Assembly: GCA_963708135.1 (NCBI GenBank)
Contig: OY970192.1
Location: forward strand, 2,080,001-2,144,000
DNA length: 64,000 nucleotides
From: an uncultured Gemmatimonadales bacterium
GTDB taxonomy: Bacteria; Gemmatimonadota; Gemmatimonadetes; Longimicrobiales; RSA9
Direction: 5' to 3'
Shown: in pieces, positions 29,229-39,422 of the stretch
Layout of the letters: each line of letters begins with the position of its first letter
Position numbering within the stretch: the first letter of the stretch is position 1
Made by a program: the position numbers and the translations under genes
The notes under the pieces: model-generated
Databases searched by the model: none
What the model saw: the letters and a program-made list of their open reading frames with translations, nothing else
Told to the model about the DNA's origin: nothing

Positions 29229-29467
29229 GTGGCTCGGTCCGGCTTCGGGCGCGCATGGCTCCTCCGTACGGTGGAGATGTGGACTGACCTGCGGAGGAGC
29301 TATCCTAGGGGGTGAGCCTCGGCGCTGCAACGACCCGTGCAGGCGCCTGGAGCTCGCGAGCTCACCGGGTGGGTGGATGGCCCCCGACAAGAGAACGCCC
29401 GCGAGCCCGGCATTGCCGGACCCGCGGGCCTGGTCCCTTGTTCGGAAAACTCGGCTCTACTGCGTCG

Positions 29468-30139
29468 TCAGCCGTTCTCGACGTCTACGCCACGACGCCG
29501 ACGACGGATCGCACCGATGCCCAGCAGGCCCGTCGCCAGAAGGATGCTGGAAACCGGCTCCGGCGTCGTCGTGGTCGGCGTGCCGCAGGTCGCCGGATCC
29601 GGCGCGCTGCCGACGTTGCCCGGAGCGCCTGTCGCCAGCTTGATCGAGCAGCTGGTGTTGTTGTAGGCCTGGATGTGGCCGTTGATGAAGTACGTCCCAT
29701 TCGTCAGGTAGGCGCCCACGTCCGTGTTCGTCATGAACGTGAAGGTCAGCGTCTGGCCCGGCATGAGGCCCGTCCCCACCGGCGGCGGAGTCGAGGCCGC
29801 GCAGACCTGCGTCGTCCCCGGCAGGTCCGAACAGTGCGAATCGCTCCCCGTGTACACGAGGAAGTCGTTCGCCGCGCCGGAGCCACTCGCGGTCCCCGCC
29901 GTGAAGAACGAGCCGCCGCCGTAGATCCCGACAGCGGTCAGGACGCCGGCGGCCGACGCTGCGTCGTAGGTGACCGTCATCGTCCATGTGCCCCCCGAGC
30001 CGGTGAGGCCGAAGTCGAAGCACAGGGAGAACCCGGACACGCACACGTCACTCGCGGACCAGTCGGTCGCCCGCGCGCTGGCAGGCACGAGGGCAAGGGC
30101 CGCCGCGACGGCCATTACCGGCAAGAATCGTTTCGTCAT
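29468..30139 (-). CDS. PEP-CTERM sorting domain protein 2
   Basis: Signal peptide ..PASARA; C-terminal TTTTPEPVSSILLATGLLGIGAIRRRRR. Confidence 0.93.
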   Translation of the reverse strand: MTKRFLPVMAVAAALALVPASARATDWSASDVCVSGFSLCFDFGLTGSGGTWTMTVTYDAASAAGVLTAVGIYGGGSFFTAGTASGSGAANDFLVYTGSDSHCSDLPGTTQVCAASTPPPVGTGLMPGQTLTFTFMTNTDVGAYLTNGTYFINGHIQAYNNTSCSIKLATGAPGNVGSAPDPATCGTPTTTTPEPVSSILLATGLLGIGAIRRRRRGVDVENG

Positions 30140-30636
30140 GTCCTAGCCCTCCTCTTAAGGGACCTCAGTGAAAACAGTGCGGCAGCCAGATAGCCGCCTC
30201 CGAACGCCACTCCCATCAGGCTCGTCCGCGCAATGCCTCGCCGAACTCCAACCGCCACCGCCGTCCGGGCACTCGCCCGCAGCGCCAGCGGCACGTCCAG
30301 CAGGAAGACCACGTAGACCCCGAGCACCGCGACCGCCGCGAGGATCAGCACCACGGTCATTGTGACGATCCCCCAGCGGACCCCGCGGGCCAGGAACGAC
30401 CCGAGCATCGCCGCCAATCCCACCGTGAGGACCGGCAACAGCGCGAAGCTTGCCCCGATCGTCGCGAACTCCCACTCCGGCGAACCCAGCCCCAGCGGGT
30501 ACCAGTTCACCAGAATGTCGCCCAAGCCCACCAGCGCGAGCAGAAGACCGAACCAGCCGATGGCCTTCCACGCGGTGTCGGCCGACGGCCGAACGTCAGG
30601 CCGCTTTGCCTGCGGCTCCGGGAGGGTGACTCTCAT
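30136..30636 (-). CDS. Four-TM membrane protein, HpsJ-like (tentative)
   Basis: YPLGLGSPEWEFATIG, FLLDVP; stop overlaps PEP-CTERM start (ATGA); alternative start GTG 30663. Confidence 0.72.
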   Translation of the reverse strand: MRVTLPEPQAKRPDVRPSADTAWKAIGWFGLLLALVGLGDILVNWYPLGLGSPEWEFATIGASFALLPVLTVGLAAMLGSFLARGVRWGIVTMTVVLILAAVAVLGVYVVFLLDVPLALRASARTAVAVGVRRGIARTSLMGVAFGGGYLAAALFSLRSLKRRART

Positions 30637-30743
30637 ACCAGGTCTCTCATCTCCGGCGGGCACGACCGCCGTAGCACAAGCTCTTCCTGGCGCTCATCGA
30701 TTCCGGAGCACGACCGGACCGACGGAACTCGGGAAAGCCTGGG

Positions 30744-30759
30744 TGCAAGGCGCATGCCC
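30744..30759 (-). promoter_or_regulatory. sigma54 (-24/-12) promoter
   Basis: Minus strand GGGCATGCGCCTTGCA. Confidence 0.75.
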
Positions 30760-30842
30760 TGCCAAGTGGTCGGGTGAATGGGACAAACTCCTTGCGGCTC
30801 AATGACAATGACCTTCAACGCAACGCTCCGAGAGACGACACC

Positions 30843-30860
30843 TGTGGCGAGACCGCAACA
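30843..30860. promoter_or_regulatory. Candidate enhancer palindrome
   Basis: TGTGGCGAGACCGCAACA. Confidence 0.7.
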
Positions 30861-30991
30861 ACCCGCCACCACGCCTGGATGTCTCCTCTTTGCTCGGAAG
30901 CCGGCGGATGGGGCCTGCCCGACGCCGGCCGGACCTCCTGTGGACCGCCTACGCTCCGCTCCAGCGGCGCGACATCCTGGTCGCGGCCAGC

Positions 30992-31816
30992 CTAGTGACG
31001 AGCCAGCAAGGCGACGAGGGCAATCACCGGACCGGCAAGGTACGTGAGCACCCGGACCGTCTGCCACCCGTTCTTCGGCTCCGGCACGACGATGCGATCG
31101 CCGGCGCGGAGGCTGAGCTCATCGAGCGTGCGGCCCTCGGTGATCATCTGCTGCAGCGCGTCGCCCTGCCAGATGCTGCGGCCGGCCCGCTCGATCTTGA
31201 TGTCCGAGATCCTGGCTCCTGGCGCGGGCCCACCGGCAGCCATCAGCGCGTCGGTGAGCAGGGATTCCGATGGAAGCACGTAGAACCCGGGCTGCTTGAT
31301 CGCGCCGACGATGGACACGCGCAGCAGGGAGCGCGCGTGCACCACCGGATCGCGCACGTAGCGGGCGATCTCCTTTGTCAGGTATGGCTCGAGCTCGGAG
31401 CGGAGCACCCCCTTCAGCTGCACGCCGCCGACCATGGGGAGCGTGAGCACCCTGCCGGTCCCCACGGTGAAGGTGTCGGTGAGCGCCTGCTGGCCCTCGA
31501 CCACGAGCTGGACGCGGTCTCCGACCTGGAGATCCCCCTCGGCGAGCCGGGCGCGGATCAGTGTGGCCTCCTCGCCGGCGCGCGCGCGGAAAGCGGCGCT
31601 GTAGCCCTTCGATTCGCCCACCTGGGTGTACTCGGTGAGGAGCTTCTGGAGCTCCGCCCGGCTGACCTGGGTCTTCGCGGGGTCGGGCGCCGCGGGGGCC
31701 GCCGTGGCCTGCGCGCGCGCCTCGCCCGCCGCGAGCGCGAGGGAGAGCGCGGCTAGAACGGCCGCGCGCCTGCGGAGCCTCGTACCAGCTCCTGCGTTGT
31801 GCTGCATCCAGTCCAC
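30992..31816 (-). CDS. wza: Polysaccharide export protein (Wza/SLBB family)
   Basis: LQVGDRVQLVV, LTLPMVG, VSIVGAIKQPGFY, LRAGDRIVVP. Confidence 0.85.
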   Translation of the reverse strand: MDWMQHNAGAGTRLRRRAAVLAALSLALAAGEARAQATAAPAAPDPAKTQVSRAELQKLLTEYTQVGESKGYSAAFRARAGEEATLIRARLAEGDLQVGDRVQLVVEGQQALTDTFTVGTGRVLTLPMVGGVQLKGVLRSELEPYLTKEIARYVRDPVVHARSLLRVSIVGAIKQPGFYVLPSESLLTDALMAAGGPAPGARISDIKIERAGRSIWQGDALQQMITEGRTLDELSLRAGDRIVVPEPKNGWQTVRVLTYLAGPVIALVALLARH

Positions 31817-31845
31817 TCTTTCCAGTGACTGCGTGGTCTGCGGGG

Positions 31846-34260
31846 CTACGCCGGCAGCTCGTCCGGAATGATTGCTTCGGACCGCTCCGGGAGTCCGGCC
31901 AGCACCGCTTCCTCCTCGACCTCATAGCCGGAGATATAGGAGTAGTACCGGTAGACGCCGGCGTCGTCCGCGCCGTTCATCACCGCACCGAGGACGCGGA
32001 CCGGCATCCGGTGGAGGGCGCTCAGCTTCATCTCGGCCATGGCACGGTCCGTCTTCCCCGCTCTCAGGACCATGAGCAAGTTACCGGTCAGGACACCCCA
32101 CAGGAACGGGTCCACACCCGCGCCGAGGGGAGGGCTGTCCACGAGAATCACGCTGTAGCTCGCGCGCAGATGGGCCATGAGCTCGCGCGCAGTCCGGGAG
32201 GCGAGCAGCTCGGGGCCGTTCTGCAGCCGGGTGCCGGAGCCGATCAGGTCCAGCAGCGGCGTGCGAGTGTGCTGGAGGATCTCCTCGCGCGAGGCGCGCC
32301 CCGCGAGATAGTCCGTGAGCCCCGGCTTGCGACTCCCGCCAAGCAGCCGGTGCAGCGCCCCGCGGCGGATGTCGCCATCCACGACGAGCGTGCGCCGCCC
32401 GAGATCCGCGAAGGCGAGTGCCAGGTTCGCCACCAGGAAGGACTTGCCGTCCCCCGCGCCCGGGCTCGAGACCGTCACGACCATCGGACCCGCCGAGCCG
32501 TACGCCTGCGCGAGACTGAGCCGGACGCCTCGCAGCGCCTCCAGCACCTGCGCCACGTCGGCGGACCCGACCACGCCGTCGCGCAGCTTCACGCCCGGGA
32601 CGACGCCCAGCAGAGGCAGACCCATGCGTTGCGAGATCTCCTCGGGGTAGCGCACGCGCGTGTCGGCCCGATCGAGCGCCACCGCCAGGCCGACGCCGAG
32701 CCCGAGGCTGCCGAGGAGCGCCAGCAGCGCCACCTCGATGCGCCGGTCGCTCGCCGGATCCTCCGGCACGGTGGCCCGGTCCAGGATCCGCACATCCGGC
32801 ACGCTGGTCTCCGCCGCCAACCGCGCTTCCTCGAAGCGCCGGCGCAGGGTCTTGTAGAGATCCTCCGCCACCGACACCCGCCGCTCGAGGCGCGACTCGT
32901 CGATGGCGCGCGGCGGGATCGCCTCGAGCTGCTGGGAGGCCGAGCCGACCAGCCGGTCCAGCTCCCTCTCTCGCGCCGCCAGGTTGGCCATGACGGCGCG
33001 GGCGAGGCGCGGAATCGTCTGCTGCTGCAACGAGTCAATGCCCGCAACCGCCTTCCGCACGACCGGGTTCTGATCTGTGTACTGCTGGCGGAGCGCGCGC
33101 AGCGACGCCCGCTTGCTCGTCAGGTCGTCGAGCGCCTGCTTCAGCTCCGGCGACTTCTCCACCGCGTCGATCATCGCGAGCGCGTCCACCGAAACCGTGG
33201 GGTTCGATGACAGCGCCTCGTCGATCGCGTCCTGCTCGCGCGCCAGCGTCTCCCTGTCCACCTTCATGTTGAAGTACCGGGACAGCACCGGGTTCTCCGT
33301 GACGTCGAGCCCGGGCGTCACCGGTGTGGAGCGGTCGGAGGGCAGCGTGATGGTGTGGACGCGGAACCCCTCCAGCTCGCCTTCGGCGGACTTCAGGTTC
33401 GCTTCCGCACTCGAGAGCTGGTCCCCCAGGATGTCGGCCACTTCCCGCATCTTGCTCGCCTTGAGCTCGGCGGCCACGGCGATGTAGCGGTCGGCCACCG
33501 CGTTCACGACGGCCGCGACCCGCGACGGGTCGGGATCGCTGTAGGAGAGGCGCAGGAAGTTGCCCTTGTCCGGCAGGCGCGCGTCGAACTTCTTGTTCAG
33601 CTCGCGCGCCGCGTCGCGCGGAGGCACGATCTTGAAACGGATCTCCCGCCCCGCCTTGAGCAGGCCCCGCGGCGGCTGCCACAGAAAGCCCAGGGAACGT
33701 CCCACCGAGTCTCCTGCCGCACCGTGGTCCAACGTCCGCCCATCGCCGCGCAGCTCGTATTCGCGGCCGGAATCCGACACCTCCAGCGTGTAGCTCCCGG
33801 GCCGGAACCGCTTTCCCACGGAGAAGCTGTGCATCGCCGGCGCCGCATCCGGGGGATACGTGAGGTACAGCCGCTGCTCCTGAACGACGTAGTCGAGCAC
33901 CGCGTAGGACCGCAGCAGATCGACCCATGCCGTCTGCTGGAGCAGCTCTCCAGGCTGCAGCGGGCCCTGCGCCACTTCCGCGCGATCCGGCGTGTCGATC
34001 CAGATCGTCGCCTCGGCCACGTACTGCGGGTGGACCAGACGCAATCCGATCAGGCCGCCCGCCGCACCGAGGACCGTCAAGCCCGCGATCATCCACTTGT
34101 AGCGGCGCACCGCCGCGAGCATCCGCGTCAGCCCGGCGGAGCCCGGCTCCTCCGGATTCAGTCCGTCCGTGAACGGCTGGGCGGCCGGCTGGAGCCCGGC
34201 CTCCGCGGGCAGCTCTCCCGGAAGAGAGGCACCCATCGACGTTGGCAGATCACTCGACAT
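31846..34260 (-). CDS. wzc: Polysaccharide co-polymerase/tyrosine autokinase
   Basis: Two TMs, coiled coil, SSPGAGDGKS Walker A, DGDIRRG, DSPP, C-terminal YRYYSY cluster; ATG 34260. Confidence 0.92.
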   Translation of the reverse strand: MSSDLPTSMGASLPGELPAEAGLQPAAQPFTDGLNPEEPGSAGLTRMLAAVRRYKWMIAGLTVLGAAGGLIGLRLVHPQYVAEATIWIDTPDRAEVAQGPLQPGELLQQTAWVDLLRSYAVLDYVVQEQRLYLTYPPDAAPAMHSFSVGKRFRPGSYTLEVSDSGREYELRGDGRTLDHGAAGDSVGRSLGFLWQPPRGLLKAGREIRFKIVPPRDAARELNKKFDARLPDKGNFLRLSYSDPDPSRVAAVVNAVADRYIAVAAELKASKMREVADILGDQLSSAEANLKSAEGELEGFRVHTITLPSDRSTPVTPGLDVTENPVLSRYFNMKVDRETLAREQDAIDEALSSNPTVSVDALAMIDAVEKSPELKQALDDLTSKRASLRALRQQYTDQNPVVRKAVAGIDSLQQQTIPRLARAVMANLAARERELDRLVGSASQQLEAIPPRAIDESRLERRVSVAEDLYKTLRRRFEEARLAAETSVPDVRILDRATVPEDPASDRRIEVALLALLGSLGLGVGLAVALDRADTRVRYPEEISQRMGLPLLGVVPGVKLRDGVVGSADVAQVLEALRGVRLSLAQAYGSAGPMVVTVSSPGAGDGKSFLVANLALAFADLGRRTLVVDGDIRRGALHRLLGGSRKPGLTDYLAGRASREEILQHTRTPLLDLIGSGTRLQNGPELLASRTARELMAHLRASYSVILVDSPPLGAGVDPFLWGVLTGNLLMVLRAGKTDRAMAEMKLSALHRMPVRVLGAVMNGADDAGVYRYYSYISGYEVEEEAVLAGLPERSEAIIPDELPA

Positions 34261-34343
34261 GTCGGTCCGTTGAAACGCGGTATCGCGGCGCGGGCCAGCG
34301 CCCGTTCCGGACGCGGAACCCCCGCACGGCTGCTGATCGGGCA

Positions 34344-34359
34344 AGCAAGGCTGGTACCA
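34344..34359 (-). promoter_or_regulatory. sigma54 promoter for wzc-wza
   Basis: Minus strand TGGTACCAGCCTTGCT. Confidence 0.75.
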
Positions 34360-34457
34360 CCGTGCTCGACTGCGCGCCGGAAGATCCGGAAGCTCAGGCG
34401 CCGCCGTGGCTCGCGCCACGCGCCTGCGGCTCTGGCGCGTGGCGCGGCAGCCAAGGG

Positions 34458-34475
34458 TGTGGCAGCCGCGCAACA
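34458..34475. promoter_or_regulatory. Candidate enhancer palindrome between divergent sigma54 promoters
   Basis: TGTGGCAGCCGCGCAACA. Confidence 0.7.
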
Positions 34476-34589
34476 GTCGCGCCCGCCGCCCGTTCGCCCT
34501 CCGCGATCGGCCGCGCAACCCGCTCCTGCCTGCGCTCAGCGGCACCTGATAGGCGCCCGGCGGAACCGCCAAGGGCATCGCCCCGGCGA

Positions 34590-34605
34590 CGGCACCCGCG
34601 TTGCG
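34590..34605 (+). promoter_or_regulatory. sigma54 promoter for the activator gene
   Basis: CGGCACCCGCGTTGCG. Confidence 0.7.
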
Positions 34606-34672
34606 TTCGATGACGGGACCGCCAGTCGACGGGCCGGCGGCCCGTGCTCCTCTCCTCGAAAGACCGGAAGTG

Positions 34673-36208
34673 ATGTCGCTTCACGCAAGCAGCGACAGCG
34701 ACAACCGGGATCCGGGGCTCGCCGGCGGCGGTGACGCCGCTCGGACCGTCCCCGCGGTCCTCGATGCGGGGACCCGTTCGAGCGTGAAGGTCCTCGTGGC
34801 GGGCGACGATGCCGGCGTCCGAAGCCTCTGCGACGAAACGCTCCGATCGCTGGGATACGCGGTCACGGTATCCGGGCGGGCGGAGGAGGCGGCCGATCTG
34901 CTTCGCCGCCGCCGCTTCGACGTCGCGGTGGTGGATGGGGACCTGAACCGGGGCGAGTCCCCCGCCCTCATGCACAGCCTCGCGGCGGTCGCCTCCGAGA
35001 CATTCGTCGCGGTGATCACCGGGGCGGTTCCCGTCCAGTCGGTGCTCGATGCCCCTCCGTTCGCGCGGGCGTTCCTGGCCAAGCCGTTCACCGCGCGACA
35101 TCTCGAGCTGGTCGTGGAGCGGCTCGCGCACGGCGTGCTCGCCGCGCGGCGTGTCCGCTCGCTCCGGCACGACATGGCCGGAGGCGGGCCCGGGGAGGCG
35201 ATCTCGGTCATCGGGCAGTCGGCCGCGCTGAGGCAGGCGGTCGAGCTCGCGCGCCGCGTGGCGCCCACGGAGGCGCCGGTCTTCATCACGGGCGAGAGCG
35301 GCAGCGGCAAGGAGCAGATCGCCCAGTTCATCCATCTGCACAGCAGGCGCGCCGCCCGGCCGATGCTCGCGCTGAACTGCGCGGCGCTGCCGGAGGCGCT
35401 CCTCGAGTCGGAGATGTTCGGGCACCGTCGAGGCGCGTTCACGGGTGCCGTGGGGGAGCGACCGGGTCTGCTCGAGGCCGCTCATCGAAGCAGCCTCTTC
35501 CTGGACGAGCTCACCGAGATGCCCGTGACGCTCCAGGCCAAGCTTCTGCGCGTGATCCAGGACGGTCACGTGCGCCGCGTCGGCAGCAACTCGACGGACG
35601 CGGTGGTGGACGTCCGCTTCATCGCGGCCACGAACCGCCCCCCGCAGGAGGCGATCACGGAAGGGCGGCTGCGGCGCGACCTCTTCTACCGGCTGCGCGT
35701 CATCCCGATCCACATCCCGCCGCTGCGCGAGCGGACCGAGGACATCCCGGCGCTGGCGTCGTACTTCCTCGAGGACTTCTGGTCGCGGCACCGCCTGGGG
35801 GAGATTCCAATGCCGGTGCTGGGCGCCGACGCCATCGCCGACCTGCAGGCGCGGCCCTGGCCAGGCAACGTGCGCGAGCTGCAGAACACGATCGAGTACG
35901 CCGTGGTCCTGCTCGACCCCGGGCAGGTGATCACACCCGACGACCTGCCGGCCTTCGGCGAGGGCGGCGAGCGAGGAGTCGGGATCGGGCGTGCCGCGGC
36001 GGGGGAGGACTTCGCGGGCGAAAGCTACCACGAGGCGAGAGAGCGGGTGCTGGCGGAGTTCGAGCGTGGCTACCTCACCTGGCTGGTCGATCGCGCCACC
36101 GGCAACATCTCGAGGGCCGCGCGCATGGCCGGCGTGGACCGCACGACGCTCTACCGCCTCATGGACAAGTACGGCTTCCAGCGCGGCGCCAGCGTAAACG
36201 AGCGTTAG
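34673..36208 (+). CDS. sigma54-dependent activator (receiver-AAA+-Fis HTH; NtrC/PrsR-like)
   Basis: GESGSGKE, GAFTGA, FLDE, WPGNVRELQN, GNISRAARMAGVDRTTLYRL; start uncertain. Confidence 0.93.
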   Translation: MSLHASSDSDNRDPGLAGGGDAARTVPAVLDAGTRSSVKVLVAGDDAGVRSLCDETLRSLGYAVTVSGRAEEAADLLRRRRFDVAVVDGDLNRGESPALMHSLAAVASETFVAVITGAVPVQSVLDAPPFARAFLAKPFTARHLELVVERLAHGVLAARRVRSLRHDMAGGGPGEAISVIGQSAALRQAVELARRVAPTEAPVFITGESGSGKEQIAQFIHLHSRRAARPMLALNCAALPEALLESEMFGHRRGAFTGAVGERPGLLEAAHRSSLFLDELTEMPVTLQAKLLRVIQDGHVRRVGSNSTDAVVDVRFIAATNRPPQEAITEGRLRRDLFYRLRVIPIHIPPLRERTEDIPALASYFLEDFWSRHRLGEIPMPVLGADAIADLQARPWPGNVRELQNTIEYAVVLLDPGQVITPDDLPAFGEGGERGVGIGRAAAGEDFAGESYHEARERVLAEFERGYLTWLVDRATGNISRAARMAGVDRTTLYRLMDKYGFQRGASVNER

Positions 36209-36233
36209 GTCCTGCCCGCGGCGCTCCCTTTCC

Positions 36234-37415
36234 TCATCCGGCTGCGACCACATCCCGGCGCGTCGGCTCCCAGAGCGCCTGCCGCTCCTGCCGGAGCGCG
36301 TGGAAGAAGGCATGGATCGCCGCGACGTTTCCCGCGAGAACGTAGGCCGGCAGGGCCAGCATGCGGGGCAGCCGCCGCTTGCCCGCGAGCAGCCAACCGA
36401 GCCCGCCGGCGGCAGTGAGCGCGGCCGCCGGAACTGCTGCCCAGAGGGCCGCCGGCCGAACGATCGAGAGAAGCGCCAGCCCCACGGCCCCGCCCGCCGC
36501 CGCCCATGGCACCATCCAGCGGCAGATCTTGTGGCTGAACAGCATCCAGGAGAAGCGGCCGTACCGGACCGGGTCGAGGAGCGCTCGCCGGTTCCACAGC
36601 GTCTCCATGCCCCGCCCGATGGTGCGGACCTTCCGGCGGTACTCCGTCCGGAGCGAGGCCGTTCGCGGGACGAGACAGGTCGCCTCGTCCACCGACACGG
36701 CCCGGTAGCCCTTCTCCCGCGCGATCAGTGCCGCCGCGAAATCCCGGCTCAGGTGGCCCGGCAGCGGCACGCGGTGCAGCTCGCGCCGGATCGCATAGAA
36801 GCAGCCGGACGCCCCGACGATCCCCCCGGCGCCAGTCTCCAGCCGCCGCACCCACATCTCGTAGCCGACGTAGCCCGACTCGCCTCCATTCGCGGTCGCG
36901 TCCGTGGCGCCGACGCTGATGTCGCGCCCGGAGGCGAGACCGACGGCGGGATCCGCCAGTTCACGGACCAGGGGCTTCAGCGCCCCCGGCTGAATCCGGA
37001 TCGAGGCGTCCGTGTTCACCACGATGTCCCCGCGCAGGTGCGGCGCCGCCGCGCTCTCCGCCGCTCCCTTGCCCCCCCGCCGAGGCATGCGCAGCAGCTC
37101 GACGCCCGAAGCCGCGTACTCCGCGACGATGGCGTCGGTGCCATCCGTCGAAGCGTCGGAGACCACCAGGATCTGGAGCCGGTCGGACGGATAGTCGATC
37201 CGGAGGAGCGCCTCCACGGCGCCGCGGATCTGCGCGGCCTCGTTGTACGCCGGCAACGCGATGCTCACGGCGGGCCACTCCTCGAGCCCGCCTCGCGCGC
37301 CCGCCGCCGGACCATCCCGACCCCCGAGACCGAGCAGGATGAGCGGATAGCCCACGTACGCGTACACCGCCAGCGCCACGGCCCCCGTGACCAGGGCCAA
37401 CCCGATGATCGTCAT
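36234..37415 (-). CDS. Glycosyltransferase family 2
   Basis: PAYNE, SDASTDGT, TDAS, GASGCFYAIRR, SHKICRW. Confidence 0.92.
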   Translation of the reverse strand: MTIIGLALVTGAVALAVYAYVGYPLILLGLGGRDGPAAGARGGLEEWPAVSIALPAYNEAAQIRGAVEALLRIDYPSDRLQILVVSDASTDGTDAIVAEYAASGVELLRMPRRGGKGAAESAAAPHLRGDIVVNTDASIRIQPGALKPLVRELADPAVGLASGRDISVGATDATANGGESGYVGYEMWVRRLETGAGGIVGASGCFYAIRRELHRVPLPGHLSRDFAAALIAREKGYRAVSVDEATCLVPRTASLRTEYRRKVRTIGRGMETLWNRRALLDPVRYGRFSWMLFSHKICRWMVPWAAAGGAVGLALLSIVRPAALWAAVPAAALTAAGGLGWLLAGKRRLPRMLALPAYVLAGNVAAIHAFFHALRQERQALWEPTRRDVVAAG

Positions 37416-37749
37416 CCGTTACAGTTCCTGCGCGAGAGGGAAGCGCCGTCCGAGGTCCACGGTACGGCGGTGGAAGACGTGGTGGAAAGTTCCGTGCCGG
37501 CCATCGCCGCCGTCGTGCCGCCACCGCTCCCGGCCGGGTGTGGTGGGCGTCCCACAGCCGTAGTGGGAAGAGCGCAGCGCGGGGCGCCGCACGGGAAGCC
37601 GGTGATGCTGCGCAAGTCGCTGCCCTAGCAATGTTTAGGTAGCATTTGGCGGCCGTGCCGCGGGTGCGAACGCACCTTGCACCGGCACCTCGCTGCCAAT
37701 CGTCCCAACGGCGGGCTGTCTATCCCCGTTTCGCTTCTGGAGCGTCTCT

Positions 37750-38514
37750 GTGTTTCGCAACCCCGAGCAGAGCGTAGTCTCGTTCGAGCGCGCCACGCAG
37801 GACAGGTCGGCCGTCCTTTCCCGCCTCCGGCCCCTCGACTTCCGTGACCTGATCCCGTTCGATGGTGCCGCCGACCTGGCGGGCGGCAGTGTCCGCCGGC
37901 TGCTCAACGTGGCCGTCGCGGCGACGGGCCTGGTGCTTGGCGCCCCTCTCATGCTGCTGATCGCGGTGCTGATCAAGCTGCTGGACGGTGGGCCGGTGAT
38001 CTACCGCCAGACACGCGTCGGCGTCGACCGGCGCAGGCCGGGCAGCGGTGGCAATCACCGTCGCAGCGTCGATCTGGGCGGCAGGCCGTTCACCATGTAC
38101 AAGTTCCGCACGATGCGCGTGGCGCAGGATGAGCGCGCGCAGGTCTGGGCGTCCCCGGACGATCCCCGCGTCACCCGGCTCGGGCGGCTGCTGCGCAGGA
38201 GCCGCCTGGATGAGCTCCCGCAGCTCTGGAACGTGCTGCGGGGAGACATGAACATCGTGGGTCCGCGGCCGGAGCAGCCCGAGATCTTCATGGACCTGCG
38301 CACGCAGATCCGGCGCTACTCCCAGCGCCAGCGTGTTCTGCCTGGCATCACGGGTTGGGCGCAGGTGAATCTGACCTACGACCGCGATGTGGCCGACGTT
38401 CGGAGGAAGCTGGAGTACGACCTGCGCTACATCTCGCGCCAATCCGCGCTGGAGGACATGCGGATCATGGCGCGCACCATCCCGATCGTCCTTCTCCGCA
38501 GGGGGGCCTGGTAG
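37750..38514 (+). CDS. Priming sugar (polyprenyl-phosphate glycosylphospho)transferase
   Basis: YKFRTM, DDPRVT, LDELPQLWNV, GPRPE, PGITGWAQV; start uncertain. Confidence 0.92.
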   Translation: MFRNPEQSVVSFERATQDRSAVLSRLRPLDFRDLIPFDGAADLAGGSVRRLLNVAVAATGLVLGAPLMLLIAVLIKLLDGGPVIYRQTRVGVDRRRPGSGGNHRRSVDLGGRPFTMYKFRTMRVAQDERAQVWASPDDPRVTRLGRLLRRSRLDELPQLWNVLRGDMNIVGPRPEQPEIFMDLRTQIRRYSQRQRVLPGITGWAQVNLTYDRDVADVRRKLEYDLRYISRQSALEDMRIMARTIPIVLLRRGAW

Positions 38515-39422
38515 TGGATCGCCCCGCGGCTCTGCTCGATCCGCCGGGCGCGGCGGACCGAGCGGAGCCGATCGCCGCCTCCGCCCCCGGACCGACGGAG
38601 CTCCTGCCGGCCGCGGCCACCGCCGCGGCTTTCGTCGTCCTGTTCTGGACGCCCATGCGCACGCTGGTGGCGGACTGGTGGTCCGATCCGAACGCGCAGC
38701 ACGGCCTGCTTCTGGCGCCGCTCGCCGTCTACCTCGCCTGGAAGGCGGGCTGGGCCGAGGACGCGCGGCCGCGACCGCTTCTCGGCCTCGGCTTGCTGGC
38801 GTCGGCCGCGGTGCTGCGCTGGATCTCGGCCGTCGCGGCCGAGTACTTCACCATGCGATTCTCGATGCTGCTCGGGACCGTCGCCCTGGTCGTGCTGTAC
38901 CGCGGCGGCCGGCAGGTCCTCCGGTGGTGGCTCCCGCTCGGGCTGCTCCTGCTCTCGATCCCGCTCCCCAACATGGTGCTGAACACGCTGGCGCTGCCGC
39001 TCCAGTTCAAGGCGTCGCAACTGGGTGCGGGGATGCTCGAGCTGCGCCACATCCCCGTTCATCTCAGCGGCAACATCATCCAGCTGCCGGGGCGGACGCT
39101 GTTCGTGACGGAGGCGTGCAGCGGACTGCGCTCGCTGACGGCCCTTCTCGCGCTCGGGCTGCTGATCGGCGGCCTGTGGCTGCGCTCTCCCCTCACGCGC
39201 GCGCTGCTCGTCGCCCTGGCCATTCCGGTAGCCGTGCTCCTGAACGGCATCCGGGTGTTCCTGACCGGATTCCTGGTCTTCTTCGTCAACCCCGAGCTGG
39301 GCGAGGGCCTGCTGCACATGACGGAAGGCTGGGCGATCTTCGTCGTCGCGTTCGTGATCCTCGGCGCTGTCGCCTGGATGCTGGCCGGGCTCGAGGCGCT
39401 GCGCTCGCGGAGGGCGGCATGA
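38514..39422 (+). CDS. Exosortase (EpsH family)
   Basis: Multi-TM; EACSGLRS, NGIRV, LHMTEG give the Cys-Arg-His triad. Confidence 0.93.
   Translation: MDRPAALLDPPGAADRAEPIAASAPGPTELLPAAATAAAFVVLFWTPMRTLVADWWSDPNAQHGLLLAPLAVYLAWKAGWAEDARPRPLLGLGLLASAAVLRWISAVAAEYFTMRFSMLLGTVALVVLYRGGRQVLRWWLPLGLLLLSIPLPNMVLNTLALPLQFKASQLGAGMLELRHIPVHLSGNIIQLPGRTLFVTEACSGLRSLTALLALGLLIGGLWLRSPLTRALLVALAIPVAVLLNGIRVFLTGFLVFFVNPELGEGLLHMTEGWAIFVVAFVILGAVAWMLAGLEALRSRRAA

Noticed and set aside
34394..36313. 639-aa minus-strand ORF
   Set aside because: Antisense shadow of the sigma54 activator
37484..37700. sigma54 promoters for the GT2 / priming transferase divergon
   Set aside because: Best candidates (CGGCACGGAACTTTCC on minus, TGGCGGCCGTGCCGC on plus) deviate from consensus; not listed as features
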